Of a DNA stretch of 64,000 nucleotides, positions 37,151 to 51,699 are shown piece after piece. Position numbers and translations under genes: made by a program. Each line of letters starts with the position of its first letter. Position 1 is the stretch's first letter. The notes beneath the pieces were generated by a model that searched no databases, was not told where the DNA came from, and saw only the letters and a list, made by a program, of their open reading frames with translations. The stretch covers positions 1,178,001 to 1,242,000 of the forward strand of contig JAYWIR010000042.1 of NCBI GenBank assembly GCA_036172245.1. The letters run 5' to 3'. Origin of the DNA: Raillietiella orientalis (taxonomy: Eukaryota).

Positions 37151-39172
37151 ATTTCGGTTTGAATAAATATCAGCTTAATTTAGTCGATCAATTATTTAGT
37201 ATTCCCACGGATTTTGACACTTGGAATTTGATTCATATTTCTTTTTGAATCCTTAAGAAATTAATCAGTAGAATAAATGCTGCGTAATTGCATAATGTCT
37301 GAGTTGGTAAATGTTATAAAATTTGTTGTGTTGTGATATATGACTTTGAATGCATTTTATAAAAAAATGTTTTCTTAAAATGTAAAGTCTTAATATCTGT
37401 GATAAGTTTTCTGATTTGAGTAGGGAGAATGGAAATAATCATTTGCAATGAGTAACCAAAGATACAACAGTAATTGAATTAACCATCATATGATAATAAT
37501 AAGTAATTCCAGTTACAAAATAAGAGATAACGTATTTTATGAACGTAAATAATTTGACCGTTCCTTCGAACCATGTATTCTGATTGCTTCAAATCTCTTT
37601 ATACTTTTGGTTCATCCAATGATGGAAATGTGAATTATAAAAAGAACGATATGGAAAAATATTTCAAGATCTTAAATTGTAGCATGCAAAAAAAAAAAAA
37701 AAAAAGTTCTCTTTACTTGTGAAGGATGAAGTCTGCAAATTTTAATTAAAAGAAAACACTGCGCTAAGCTGGAGTTTTGAATTCTGGGCCTCCCTATTGA
37801 CTGTCGCAGTTAGAACGATCTCGAAAAGTGTCTGTAGAGATTGCAGGCGAGCGGGTGAATTTCCTGCGTTGTGGATTACCAAATTTAGAGTATGACTAGT
37901 TAAGTGTATTTTACATGCCTATGAAATGACAGATGTAATAATAAGCATTAAGTGTTATTGCTAAGTTACCTTATTTAGAGCACCAGCATCTGCATGATCC
38001 GTGTTTTAAAAATTTTTTTAAGAACGAAATTAAGATCAACAAGAATCTAGATACTCATTTAAAAAACAGTTTTAAATTATTTCCCAATAAAGGTTCAAGA
38101 ATTTTGTAATTTGCATGCAAATGAAAACCTTTAAGTGTTATTTGAAAGTTGCAACTTGTAATAGAGCTTTTCAATCCAAGGAGGGAATCAGAGGGAGCTT
38201 GCAAGGCAAAAAAAATCGAAAAAAATGATGGAGGATTGTAAGAAAAAAGCTTCTGCGGAACAGAACATGAACAAAGGATTGAGCTTGGAATCGAGAAAAC
38301 ACAGGTAATGTTGCTTCAGAGGCACCAGTTTGTTCATCACATTTGAGTGAAAATTCAGCAAAAGTGGTGTGCATTATGTTTAATTTATTGAACATCTCGT
38401 TAAGCAATTTGTCTTCATCTTTCATGGGAAAATGTATTTTTAACATGTGCATAGCATATTTTAGAGATGCAGAGGCAATGAGACAGAAACAAAAGCAAGC
38501 AGAGCAAAAGAAAAACCTTTCTTAGGTCACAATCATCATTAGTGATTGAAGTACTTTGACTAGATTCACATATTTGGACCCTATAATTAACTGCAAACAA
38601 ATTTTTTATGTAATGTGTTAATAAAAACATGTAGAAAAATATATGTAACTATAAAAACAAAGTATTTTTATTTTCTTTGAAACTGGTGTTAATAGTAGAC
38701 TTGTATACCCAAACCGTAACAATAATGAAGCTTTGGAATGAAAACGGGAGCATTTTAATTTTTGAAAGCCATTTAACTAAGGTGCTTTACTTGGAAAACC
38801 AGTTACAAACATCTTTAAATTTAGGATCAGCTTCACCAACATGGTATGAAGTATTATCATACATAATATAGATGTACAAGTATTTGTAAATAAGGTTGCC
38901 AGTCATAAGCTGCTGCACCAAACTAATCATTTTTTTCATGTACATATCAATCATATAATACAAAGTTGTAGTTTACATGGAAACTGCACTTTGTCTAATA
39001 ACAGCAAACATATGAACATGGCCATTTCTTGTTTGCATACAATGCATTGTCAGAAATTGTTGTTCAAGGTTTATTATATTTTATTGAAAACGCATCTATC
39101 TAAAAGTAACAAAATTAGACAATACAAAACTTGAAATATAATTGCATAAAAACATACTCTATATTAACATGA

Positions 39173-40671
39173 TTATTTTTTTGGTTCAGCTTGGTTACTT
39201 CTAACCAATGTCTTGTTCTTGGCATGCCGTAATCCATGATAAAATCCTGGAAATCAAATAAGCCTACTTTGATTATGCAAAGGCAACTACCAGTATGATA
39301 TCCTGACATGTACCATGACATTAGCATTGATGACAAAGCTTCATCATCATTCAAAGTATCTTCTGATGGAAATGGGGGAGGAGGAAACGGAAAATTCTTG
39401 TTTTTCTTTTAAATTAAGGTATTTATCAGCTACACTTACAGGTATGGAAGTTGCCACATTATTTACACTTCTAAAATTTGGGAGCATCCAAGGAGAGTGT
39501 GTAAAACAAGGTAATGGTGGAGCAAACCAGGGATCTATATTATTTTTACCACTATGTTTTTGATCAGACATTCCAGGGTCCTCACCATGCTCTACAGCAG
39601 AGCTATCACTTGCATTCTAAAAAAAAATTACTAGCAATTTAAAACAAGTTTTCACTGATAAAACCATTGTGCCATAATCTCCTAAAATAACTTTTTCTGT
39701 TTGTTGATGACGATGTTCTAATCCCTTGCTTTTCTTTAATTTTGATAATGATGTTTCTTGCACATTATTGTATCCTGTAAGAAAACACAAATAAAAAAAA
39801 AAAATTATATACAGTGTTAGATGGCTAAAGTTACATAAATTCTAGAAACTTGATTTACACTTGATTTCAAGCCTTTCCATGCTTAGACTAAATGCTTTGA
39901 ATGCTTTGAATTTGTGGTTACTTTACTTTAGATTATTAATTTCATTTTTTTTTGTCTGAACTATGTATATATTCTCTTATGCCAAGTTCTCAGCTTTGCA
40001 CAAAATTAATTCAAAACTTAATTTAGGAATAATTAATTACCCAGAAACTGCACTTGACAGCTGTCTTTATCTTTGTCAATCTCTAAAATAGTGGCTTCGT
40101 ACCAGAGACCATCTTCATTGTATTTTGCTTGGCAGGCATCACCAATTTTCCACTGAGTCAAAGACTAGTGATTATAGAACCAAACCCCAAATAATTTTAT
40201 AAAGTATACTTGCAAAATATACTACAAAATTACTTAAATACCTTGAAGTAGCGAGGTGGTTTTTTATTTTTCTTTTTGGTTTTTGCACTTTCATCCGAAC
40301 AGTTCATCTGACTATCACTATTTGCATTGTCGGAAAGTTTTTTTGCAATTCTTTCCTTTGCTACAGTTAGAGCTTTGTTGCAAGCTTTGATGAGGGCAGA
40401 ATCATCCCATATTTCCTCGTGATTTATGTCCTAAAATATGGTTTTAAACAAAACTTGGGGTTCACTGTGCTTAAATAATTATTTTTGCGCAACGATTTGC
40501 ATTGTATTCAACGCATGTAATAAGAAACAATCTGTGGGTTCTTTAAACTTACAATACTAATAACTGCTTTTCTATATTATACTTGTAATTGTACGTTCGG
40601 CTACCTTTACAATGAAATTTCATTCTTACCTCGCTGTTTTTTTCATATAACAATTGCCCGCAGTCCTCCAT
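39173..40671 (-). CDS. SMN: Survival motor neuron protein
   Basis: Seven in-phase exons: 40671-40630, 40430-40242, 40152-40041, 39774-39665, 39616-39440, 39396-39291 and 39246-39173. Gemin2-binding [10 protein letters not shown], Tudor [30 protein letters not shown], poly-Pro PFPPPPFP and YG box [21 protein letters not shown]. Confidence 0.96.
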
Positions 40672-43600
40672 ATTTCAGCTTTCCTTGGACATCATATTTC
40701 ATTAGCGTAATACATGTACTTTGTACGAACACATTACTAGACGAAAAAAACCAATACCCTGGACTTCAGCATGCTATGCAAGAACTCAGTGACTTGTATT
40801 TTATATTATTCCTGCAAAAAATTATGACATGAATGTATTTGAGATTTGTTACGATTTTTGTTCTTTTTTTACAAAGATATATGTTCGGGATTTAATACTC
40901 TATGAGTTTTGGACGTGACATTTGTGAATTCTTTTTTTAAAAAAAATATTTTCCAAATACATATGAGCTCAAAACGTTCCAGTACAATAGCACTTTGTGC
41001 TGTTAACTCCGGAAGCACTTCGAAAGTAAACACTCAAGTGGTAAAGAAACCTTAAATGAAAGACATCAACTTAGCATAAGTATTAGAAAATTGCAAGCCT
41101 AAGTATTAGACAGATGATTAATAAAGAGCATTAGACAAAGCCATGGCAACTAAGCAACACATAAGACACGGAGTGAAACACCAAAAGTATCAGCAAGGAA
41201 ATTAATTTTTTTAACCTACAAATATTCAAGATGTTTCAATGCACTAACAGTGCTGTACTGTACATCGAATTAAAATAACGTACGAACACGCTTCTCCGTC
41301 CGATCCTTCTCCTCTATCTAATATTGTATAAAGGAACTGTCCTTTGTACTCGGGGATTATGTGTTTGTATACAAAGAGAAAGGCTAGGTTTGCTGTAGAC
41401 TGCCGCAAGACCGATAGACTGGCATGCATGTTACCATACGGCACTGCATCCTCTGCTACTTCGAAGTTTTCCGTGCACAATGGATCTCAGCCAGTTCTAG
41501 GAATAGTTAGCAGAACAAGATTGCATCCTAAGAGCTGAAATGCACCACGATGACCTATCAGGGAATTTGTCAGCATCTGTCAATCAAATGTTAATGATCA
41601 TGACATTTTAGAAGCTTAAAGATTGAAAGGTAGGAACTCCTTGCAAGAGTTGGACATACTGATGAGTAAAAAGCATATACGAAACTAGATGCATTCATTT
41701 CAAAACGGAACAAATACCGTCTTGAATTTAATTTAGAGTATCTAAAGGCAAATCGTACGTATGTATCGATATGTTGAGAAAAGGATTAAAGAAGTTCATG
41801 AAACCTTTAATCAAAATTTCCGGTTTTCCACGCAACCATAATTTTATTATTTTAAATGAATATGAATGCTAATCCCAAAGATGATCTGTGCATCTGTAGA
41901 GAACTTTAACACTGTGTCTGTGTTTCTATTCTGTAAGTGTAATCCGATTAATTCCGATTCGGGAAGGTCTCCATGCTTGAATCAACTAAAACACAGATCT
42001 TGAAAAATAATAATGAGACAATTAAGAGACTAAAAAATAATAATGAAGAAATCAATCAAACAACTTTCTAATAGAACTCAAATTTTAGTAAAATCATATT
42101 AATAAGTATAACAGTGGTGGATTCATTATTCACGAAGTGAGATCAAGTGTCTTGGTACGCATTTAAGGTTTCGAAAAGCAAAATCTCATTATTCTCATTC
42201 AATAGTTTAGTTTTGGTATCATAACTAAATGTGAATTACAAAATCTTAACGAACTTATTTATATTACTATTATTTTAACACATCTGAATAGAACTAGTTC
42301 ATGAGATTAATGAATGTGCAAAATTGAGTAAGCTTCAGCAAACCAAAGGTCAATCCTGTTCCCGGACCATTGGCCAAGCTGAGTCAATGACCATAGGGTG
42401 AGCAAGGGATTAGGAAGGGGGCTCGAGCGGGAAGGGATTTACTGCGCACTCCTCGGAGTCCTTTTGTCACGAAGACTCTCCAACAGTCCAACCGGTTGCT
42501 GAAGTTAAGTTAATGATCGCTATTTAATACGCTTGATGTGACGTTTAACTAGAGTCATTATCCGCATAAGCATAATTCTCTGAGGCTCTTTCCAGATTCA
42601 TAAACAAATCGTAATTATGAGTTGCCAGGGATAAAGGATAAGATATGTTCGAGCATTCTTCTATTCTGCAACAGTCTTAGGGACCGATATTTTGCGATTT
42701 CCCTCCTCAGAAGTAAGGCAATGCATGTTTCTTAAAAAAAAACACAGCGCAAGGAGTTTAGGAGGCGCGAATATAGCCTTCAGCTTCCACACTTTGCACG
42801 CTGGAATGAGAAAGTAGAGCTCCTTGTAATCAGAAGAAAAACTGCCCTCTTTCCATGGAACGGAGCTCCTTTTTGCCATGGGCTAACTAGAATATTTTCA
42901 TCGAAAATGCTGCCATATTCCTGGGAAATAGCATTTTCTAGAAACATTAGTTTTCTACAGAAATCAGAAGGCCGTCTTACTCCATGTACTCGAAATATTG
43001 TCTCAAACTAAAGCTGCAATGCCTCTTTCCAGCCTCATTTTCTGGAGCAGTCTGTGGACTTTTTGGAGTGTAAAAGTGCTTTTGTAAGACTGCATAGAAT
43101 TACCAACGAAGGTGAAAACATAAATTCTGACTATGATGTGAGCAAGACTCCCACTTCCACATTAAACGAATCAGAAATGATTACACTCTCTGGTCTCATG
43201 TCTGTCAAGATGTGCTTGTTATCACATTTCCTTCAACGGAATGCTTAAGTTCAAAATCACTGTGTTCTTTTCTTTATGACCCCAGCATGCTTTTCCAAAA
43301 ATGTCGATTATATACTGCAACCATCCTTGCACAGCATGATTCATGCAGACAATCTTATTCATTACCAGTACGGCATTTACGAGAACAAAGATTGAGTAAA
43401 GAAATCATTAGAGAAAAACGTAAAACAGCATACACTACCAACAGACGACTAACTTGACTGCCTTTGTGAATCCTGTAAATGTATGGATGTCCGTCTATCC
43501 ATACCAGTCTCTTAATGCACTTGACAACCCTGTTTTCAGCGTACTTCTTTCACAGAATTCGTTCTTTCAGTAGAATCACTTTCCAAAGAATGGCCGTCGA

Positions 43601-45457
43601 CTTGCTCCTCAATGGAAGTTGATACCCAATCGTCCCTTGACTTTTTCTTTTAGTCAAGACTCACTTGCCAGTATACATTTAAGTATCTGCACTAATAATT
43701 ACACAATATGAACACAAAATAATTAAATTCACATACCATCACTGCCTTAGTAACAGCGTATGAACTTGTGAGACACATCCGGAATCAGTTATGAACTTCC
43801 AAAGAAACAGCTGCTTTTGCAGCTTCCAGATGAGTGCTTTTGGTTCAAGTAATAATTCATGGAGATTTGCGAGCAATTTCTTTCGAAAAGCACTCCAGAT
43901 TCGTTGCAATTATTCAATGAGCTTGAGCTTTTCCTTCACTTGCTGTTGTGACTATTATGGTGATATGTCTGTGACAAATGGTTGGCACACAGAGCTCCTC
44001 TGAACCATTCATTCTTTCCTAAGGCCGTTCTTCGTCAGTCACTGGCGATATAATGCAAATAGTCACAACTCTACTTTGCAAACTATGTCTTGAACCTCAT
44101 ATCAATCCAAATCAAATCTTTAAAATGCATCGTTTTTTTTCCTGAATTTGCATGGTATATGGTATCAGTGATCCATGCAGTTACGGTAAATTCCATTTCA
44201 GAAAATGCTTGTCACCGAGATGGGTGAAACAGAAAAAAAAAAAAAATTGAATGCGTTCGATACGTTCAGGTAGGCAGGGTTCCTGGAAATTATCAATTGA
44301 AGCCCATTATCAGTTGATCGTGCAAATTGTCAATTCAGCACGTGCACAAATGCATTGGCAAAAATGTCGAATTTTTTGTGCTAACATCCTGGCAATTCAT
44401 CCATCACGTAGCTCGTGCTCGCGAAGTTGGCAGCAGAAGTCTTATCAAGAGAACAGCGGATCATCCTCCAAAAGCACTTATTGATGTAATAAACACTTCA
44501 TGCATCGACGCCTTCCATCTTCGAATTCAAACTAAACGAGCGAGGTGTGACGTGAGACCTGTGCCTTGTGAACGCTGATTTAGAACGTTGATTACCCCGA
44601 AGCGCAAGAGCTTAATGAGTTAATGGCCAAGCCGACCTGCAATTTGCCCCAACAGTATTCTCAGGAGTGCTGGATTACTCCAGAATCCGGATAGTTGCAT
44701 CCGCTGGAGATCTCTCACCATCCTACACATTGCTGAATATAGTCCATCGGATTGTAATGCTTGCATTCTGAGATGCAACCCCATTCCCTTCAGGGGGTGA
44801 CAGAACATACTGGAACACTTTCTCGGGAATCATTCACCACAAACCCTGTTTTTGTCTATTGATAAGGATTTGGAAAGAATGGTTTGGGCATTGCCCAAAT
44901 TTAACTTTAATTCACTTCGGGACTGACAATATGCTGCAGTTGTAATTTTATGGGATATCACAAGACCTGTGTTGGAATACTTTTGTGCTTTGCAGAACAG
45001 CTCTGGTGCAACGACCTATTGAGTACATGATTTGTGAAACTTTTGCTTTCATGATATAGTGTGTGTAATTTACTTGTCAGTCCCTGGAAATCGGGAAGGT
45101 TTTTTTTTTTTTTTTTCTCACTAAAAACAGTCACTACAGTTGGGGGCACAGACATGCCTTTAGGGTCCAAAATGTTGAGGAGCTTTAAGCTTGATTGAGG
45201 TACACGTCACGTAAGCTCTTATTTTTCCAGTGCGTTTGGCCTTCGAGATTTAATTTCTCAATAATTCAACAAGCAATATTTAATTTGCAACTAAAGATCC
45301 ATTTAAGATCCACGAACAGAGTCCCTGAGGACTACTGTAAATCCTCTTTCTTTACTTTAATTATTTTCTTTGGCTTTATAAATCGCAGACCATCGGACAC
45401 ACATCTTGAATGAAATCCATCAAAGCATGAACAACTTGGTGTACCATAGTTGGAACC

Positions 45458-45509
45458 ACCGGTGCATTAAAAATTTCAATAAACTGATGTAAATTTTTAA
45501 TGCACCGGT
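45458..45509. repeat. Perfect 19-bp inverted repeat with 14-nt spacer
   Basis: accggtgcattaaaaattt (45458-45476) / aaatttttaatgcaccggt (45491-45509). Confidence 0.9.
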
Positions 45510-45760
45510 TGCACGAATGTGAAACTGTGTTCCTTCGAGCTAGCTGAACTTTATTTGAACGTGCTTGGAAATTTTGGCTCCAACCAACTGCTTTTTGTAC
45601 TTTCAGAACAGAACGGTGACCGGTTTTTCCGTCTAAGGGACACGCAATGTTGTACTCGGGATTGTTATGTATTGTGCTGTTACATTATTGATTCATTGAC
45701 ATAGAAACATTGCTCGTGTTATGTTGATTACGTAATTGCTCCCAGTGATGCTAACGGATC

Positions 45761-48700
45761 ATGCATCGTAACATGATAGCATCGGAAGATGATGACAAAT
45801 TTCAGCCCACAAGAGACGAATATGAAAAACTCACGGATGCTTTCAAAAACAAAAAGTTTCGGGAAATGTTCGTTGAGTATTTGGAAGAGCTCGAGGATCC
45901 CGAAAACAAAAAAAAGTATGAGGAAGAAGTGAAGGTTCTGTATACAAAATTATTATCAACTGATTGTACAAATAATTGTTTTCTTATTTGTGAATAACTG
46001 AATATTCTTCAAGACTGTACGGAATAGAAAAGCTCTAGTCATATATCGTGTAACTGGGTTTTGCGTTTAAAATGTACAAAGCGAGCAAACGTCATCAAAG
46101 TTGTTTTCAGAAAGTATTAAATCTGTAATCTTGTATATCAAGTTTCTACTTGGTAGATTTATAATTTTGCATTTTCTTTTTTGTTTTCCTCATTTGACAG
46201 TATTGCAATTTTAGATTCTAGAAAGGGAAAGAGGATATGAAGTTACATTTCTTCATCCAGAGGCAGGATATGTTTTGAAAACCAGTGTTAATGGAAAAAC
46301 TAAATGTTTTATTAATATGTGTTCAGATGAGAACATTCAGCATCCATCAAACAGCTATTCAGAGCTTAAGAATGAACAAGGATCTGTATGGTCTATTCCC
46401 TATTCTCAGTCACCTCCTCGCAAAGAATTTGATAAACAAAAGAAGCAGTGTTTGGTTTATGATGTCATTTTCAACCCATCAGTTTTTGAATTGATAAAGA
46501 ATTTTAAAAACATAAAACAAATGGTTGAAACAGTAGCTTTGGATGCTGTGGAAAAGAACTTCAAAGTTAATCTTGACAGAGTCAACATTTGCTATCCAAA
46601 GCTCAAGTACAAAGGTACTTCCCGATCTATAATGATCCGCAAAGCCTTAAAGGATGCTCCTAAGAGAAGTCCAGAAGATATAGAATTTGATGCATTGATT
46701 AAATATCCCCAGATAAGAGACACTGAACTGAAATTTGAGTCAGTAATACAAAAAGGATTTCAAGAGAGTGGTCAGTTTGGATACACAACCCCACAATGCG
46801 TACTGAAATACCGGGATCACATTGACTTGCAGAACTGCCTTAACAATCAGGATCTTCATGCTCCTTGTCAAGAATTAGTATTGGAAGTGGATTTGCCTTT
46901 GTTGAACTCTGCAGCAAATGTGGAGCTGGATATCCAAGGAAGGCAACTCAAGCTTCATTGTGACAGTCCTGCAAAGTATCATTTGGAATACAAGCTGCCC
47001 TGCAATGTTGATGATCAAAAATGCCGTGCTCAGTTCGATTGCTCCGAAAGAAAGTTGCTTGTGCTGATGCAGCTTGTAGGGAATGGGCAAAACAGATGGA
47101 AAGATAATGGTGGTGATGGTGGTGACATTGACAGTGAAGAAATCACCAGTAGTAAAGGAGACAGTAATGGAGCAGGGGATAGGCACAGCGAAATGCAGGG
47201 AATGCCAATGGAAAAAGACTATATTCCTCCTTCATGTGATCAGTCTGATGCAGATCCTGCTGACGAACTGCTTAGCTGTACAAGTTTTGAAGCAGCTCCT
47301 TGCAGCATTTGTGATCAACCTGTTTGTCAAATGCCAGATTATTTCTTCCTGTGCACTTTACACAAAGGTTGTCTCTTATTCCATGTCAGCAATGTTGTGC
47401 CTTCATCAGTGAATGTAGAGTTGATCAGCAAGCAGGCAATCTATGCTACTTTCAATTCTGTAGGAGAAGGCTTAGTTCCTTTGTTCTACTCTTTCTATGC
47501 TAAATTCCCTCCTGAAATCACTCTACAGTCTCCAGTCACACCAGTCTTCACTGAGAATAACCATTTGTCCATTGTCTTCACCAAGGAAGAAGGAAGTGGA
47601 TGCTGGAGCAACGGTTTCATTGGTAGGAATGAGACAGAAGCCACAGAAGTTCACCTTGCACATCACATTCAAGTAGCATCTATCTTGAAAGATAAAAACG
47701 TTAGTATTATGATCTTTTGTTAGCTTCCACTGTTTAGTTTTCCAGGACTTTTACCTCCAGAGCACTGCAGAAGTAAGAGACATCACTGTGCAAGCCATGG
47801 TATCAGATGAGTGTACAGAGTTATGCCAAGAATTTATGCTGGCTTTGAATCATTCTGTGAAGGTAATTGATGCCTCATTAAAGCACATTGCGGAATCCTA
47901 GCGCGAACTCCGTCTGTTAGAATCAGGAAGCAAATGCTGCCTGTGACAGTCCTTCTAAGGTCAAGAGTAATTCCAGCACACCTGAACTAGAGGAAGTAGA
48001 ACTCCAGCCCAATGCTAATAATCTTGGTGATGACGAAGTGCTGTCAAACAGTACAACCCCAGTCCCTGGATTTGATCATGCTCATTTTCACCATAGAAAT
48101 AGTGAGTTGTACTTTTTCTCCTCAAGAAAGCCCAGCTGTTCCAAAGACCATAGCAGTCTTCCAGTTTCCTCTTCTGTGAGCCATGTAGTAGGCAAACGCA
48201 ACTTGAACCGCAGTGTGTCTGAATGTCAAGATCTCGTATGTTATTTACTGACTGCTTAAATCTGAGAGCATCCTGTCTCAATTTTGCAGAGCTCCTTAGC
48301 AACTCTTTCACCACGGAAGGGCATTCTGAAATGCAGGAGCAGAGCCCACTCAGAAAGCACCATGGACATTGGATTCTGTTCACTTCCTGAACTGTGTTCC
48401 ATGTCCCAGGACGTAGAGAATGAGTCAGAGCCCAAGTCAAAGAAAACAGTGCAATTCAATGACAAAGTATCATGTCAGCTTTTCAGGTTGGACTCAGAGC
48501 ACATGTGAATGACTACTGTATGTACTACATGTGATCGTTTCCCAGATTCAACTCTAGCATCTTGGGCCAGAGGAAGAAGAATCATCGTAAGCAGGTAAAA
48601 AAGAGGCAGGCCCAAGAACGCAGGACATCAGAATCCAACGAGCAGGTCAAGGAAGCAGAGTGCAAATCCGAAGCAGAGGAGCTCGCCAAATTGAATACAG

Positions 48701-49075
48701 AAGGTAAGCAGGAGAAAAAAACAGGGAAGAAGGAGGAGTTAACACGAGAGTTTTTTTTTTTTTTTTTCGGAAGTAACGGACTGCAACGAAAGTTTCATTC
48801 ACATGAAAGAGCTAAGATCCGTTGTGGGCATGCTGGCAGATAGGGAGAGCAAGGCTTTGTCTACCAGCTTGCAACCCGATGCCAAGGATGAGGATCATAG
48901 CCAAGTTTGTGATGGGAACTGGGAAGCCAGTTCTCTCAGAGAATCCAGTAGAAATCCACAGGAATATGTCTCCACTTACAAGCATGGTTCATCAAAGAAA
49001 TGTCGAACAAAACTTACCGTAAGTTCATTGCAAAAGCCGGTGCTCTCGAACCCTCTGTTTTTGACGGCAGAGTAA
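45761..49075 (+). CDS. DNAAF2: Protein kintoun / dynein axonemal assembly factor 2 (PIH1 domain)
   Basis: Exons 45761-45934, 46215-47699, 47746-47862, 47921-48235, 48290-48486, 48546-48703 and 48774-49075. Motifs: FREMFVEYLEELEDPENKKKYEEE, ERERG..VTFLHP.AGYVLKT, KCFIN, WSIPYSQSPPR, VYDVIF, YPKLKYKG, ELVLEVDLPLL.SA, KGILK, KKTVQFND, NSSILGQRKKN. The last acceptor is the least certain. Confidence 0.93.
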
Positions 49076-50284
49076 TTTTGTTTTTGAGTTTTGTTGTGTT
49101 GAATTGTACCCAAATTCTTGACTCCCAATATCATGTGGAGTAGAGGCACCCACACCAATTACGTTTCGTTGTCGTCTTGTTTTTGAATGTACAGATATTT
49201 TTTTGTTATAAAAATTGCAAGCTAGAGTAAAAAAAAAGTTCATGCCCATTCTTTTTCACGTTTTCCACAATATATATCCATCTTGGGCGCAAAATGTGTG
49301 CACGTTAGTGCTGTGGCGTGGCTCCCCCAAAACTCCGAAGGGCTGCAGCGCTCTTTTCATCTTTGTGGATTTTTGATGCATCTGCTGTCTGTGTTTAAGG
49401 GAAGTTCCTTTGTAAAATTGCGCCCAGTGCCCTTTTCAATTTAATTCACGGTCAATACTCTGATTTCTATTTTTTTGTATTGATTCCGTTTCTCGGTTGG
49501 GAAAAAGGAAAAATCACTAGAAATGACAAAGGAAGCCAACGACAACCTCACACGGCTCTGCGTTTATAGATATTTAGAGAGGTTGTGAGCACACAGTCCA
49601 AAAGAGAACTGCAAATTGTATGTTAGGTCAAGTTTCTTTTGCAATTCACATGCAAACACGCCAACACGTTTGTGTGCAAGAGTAAAAAATCAACACCCAC
49701 CAATGTTTTTTTTTACATGATTCACGTGTGCTTCTTCGTTGGTCCCTATTCTAAAAGCTTACATGCAAATGGCCCACTTTGCTGTGAGGTGAGAAATCGA
49801 TTTTTCTTCGATATTTAAGAGGATTGACTTGATAAGTAGTGGTAGAATAGGTAAAGAGAAAATCATCAGCTTGCGACGTGAGTCACAAGATATACTCAAG
49901 TATTTATGGTGATACCCTTCCGCGTCTGCTTGACCCACAGACTCGTGAAGATTTTCGAGTTCCTGCAGTTTCTCCTTTCCCGAATTCCAGCCTCCTTGTC
50001 ACGATGCTCGTGGTGGTGAATGTGGTTTGGGGTTTGGGTCACAGTCGCCAAGGACACAGTCCCGAACCTGTTGCAATCCCGAGAGAGGAAAATCCCGAAA
50101 ACAGGGTTCACCATTACTGAGGAAACTGTATCGAACCTTTTCGAAAACGAAATGTATAGCATAGAGAATTGTAAAAAGAAAATGCTGGCAATTTGAAATA
50201 GTGGAGAAACAGGTTAACCCCCCCCCCCAAAAAAAAAAAAACAAAAAAAACAAAAAAAAACAGCGACAGTTCGACATTCGAAAA

Positions 50285-50830
50285 AGTGTGTTGGAGGGCA
50301 GTTGCACGGAGGTAGTCCATAAGAGCTGAGATGGTATTTTGAAGTATTTTATCGCGATGAATCGTTGCCTTTTTTTTTTTTTCTAGGGCATGGCTCTCCT
50401 CGGAAAATACGTTCACATGCATTTTCGGAGTGGCGCTGCTCTTTTAAAAATTCTTCTGTGATTCGATAGGCACCGACATGGGCATTCCCTATTAAATTTT
50501 ATTATCCGCCTCCAGCACCATGCTTCTATGTAATTTCGGGTACGCGGAAATCCATTCCGCGTGCACTCTCACACGCAGACCACAAATTTGGCAGGAAGAA
50601 CACTGGTGATGGAACAGGCAACACCGATGCATGTCTGCTTGCCCTCCCCTGCACACAGTTATGCTCAAACCAGTCAGTAACTTCTCTGGCTCTTTCAGGC
50701 ACATGCAGCTTCGATCCGTTGAAAGCTCCTGGAAATTCATAAGCTGGAAGGAATCCTAGTGCTGACAAATGGCGCATTTTTATACTGGAGTTTCGGCTGC
50801 TGCCGTACTGCGTGACCAATCCACTCGTCC
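50285..50830 (-). mobile_element. Mutator-like (MULE) transposase C-terminal remnant
   Basis: LGFLPAYEFPGAF..K.H.PE.A.EVTDWFEHNCVQGR...PVFFLPNLWS and a terminal MDYLRA match the LAFLP...DWFE.NYV.GR...FPP.LWSV...DYLR pattern of MULE transposases. Confidence 0.8.
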
Positions 50831-51699
50831 GAAGTTTCCGTCAAATGCATCGGGCTGAATGGAAGAAACGAACTTTTATTCTCAACGCCTGGACATTCCC
50901 GTCGTCGCGCAGCCCGTTGACTGCTTCGACAGGGTCACGCGCAACCGACGGGAGGGCGCGATTCCCCGTTTGACCGCTGGGAGTCTGGCCGGGTGGCTCC
51001 CGCCTGCCGGGCAAGCGGGCCGTCCGCAGAGAAACTCGACCAACCGCAGCTGGTCCTTTCTCCTTTTTCCTCTCCGATCGCGGGCACTTTCTCCTGAGAG
51101 GAATCCCGCGGTGCAGCGGACGTTGGCCTCTCTCCGGAGTCCGGCTCTTCGATCGATTCCGGAAAAGAGTGCCTCCCCGCAGCCCTGGACCATCTTCCGG
51201 ATACCCTACGGCGACTGGTCGCGCTCGCAGTTCTGTTTCCGGCTTCCACGCGTCGAGAGTTCGAAAACTCGCTTCACCTCCACTGCACGCCTCCTCGAGG
51301 CGTCCCTGCCTTGGCGGACGATCGCAGCGTTTGCCGCCGTCAGACCATCTACGGCCTGGAAGAAAGGTGTTTAGTGGCGCTGTTCGCCTGTTTCCCTTTC
51401 TTTTCCTTGTCGCGGAACCTGGCAGATGGAGTCTTCCCTTCCTCCTCGCTCCCGCACGCACGGGTTTTCGCGAATCCCGGATTCAGGACTCCTTCGCCGG
51501 TCGCCTCTATTTGCTCCTCTTCCTCCACTTGAAGCAGGAGTGTCTCGGGGAGTGGATGTGGCCGGACTGCCTTCCCTGCCCGAGACGGATGAAAGATTTC
51601 CTCTCTGGCGATTTGCCTCCCAGCACTTCGGTGCACTTTCGGAGGACCACCATGGTGGCTTCCTCCACTATCGGGCACTCATGCCCCTTCTAGGGAGTC

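Noticed and set aside
37755..37875. tRNA-derived SINE-like segment on the minus strand
   Set aside because: Only a weak B-box resemblance; no cloverleaf or A-box could be supported.
38171..38630. Hydrophobic LLLCLLLFL stretch as the TMEM9 signal-peptide exon
   Set aside because: It follows an AAG|gttttt donor-like site and looks like T-rich intron sequence. It is 3.6 kb from the next exon, with no compatible ATG and donor.
41200..45400. Possible gene or pseudogene between SMN and DNAAF2
   Set aside because: Short coding-like stretches occur on both strands, but I could not build a consistent exon chain or recognise a domain.
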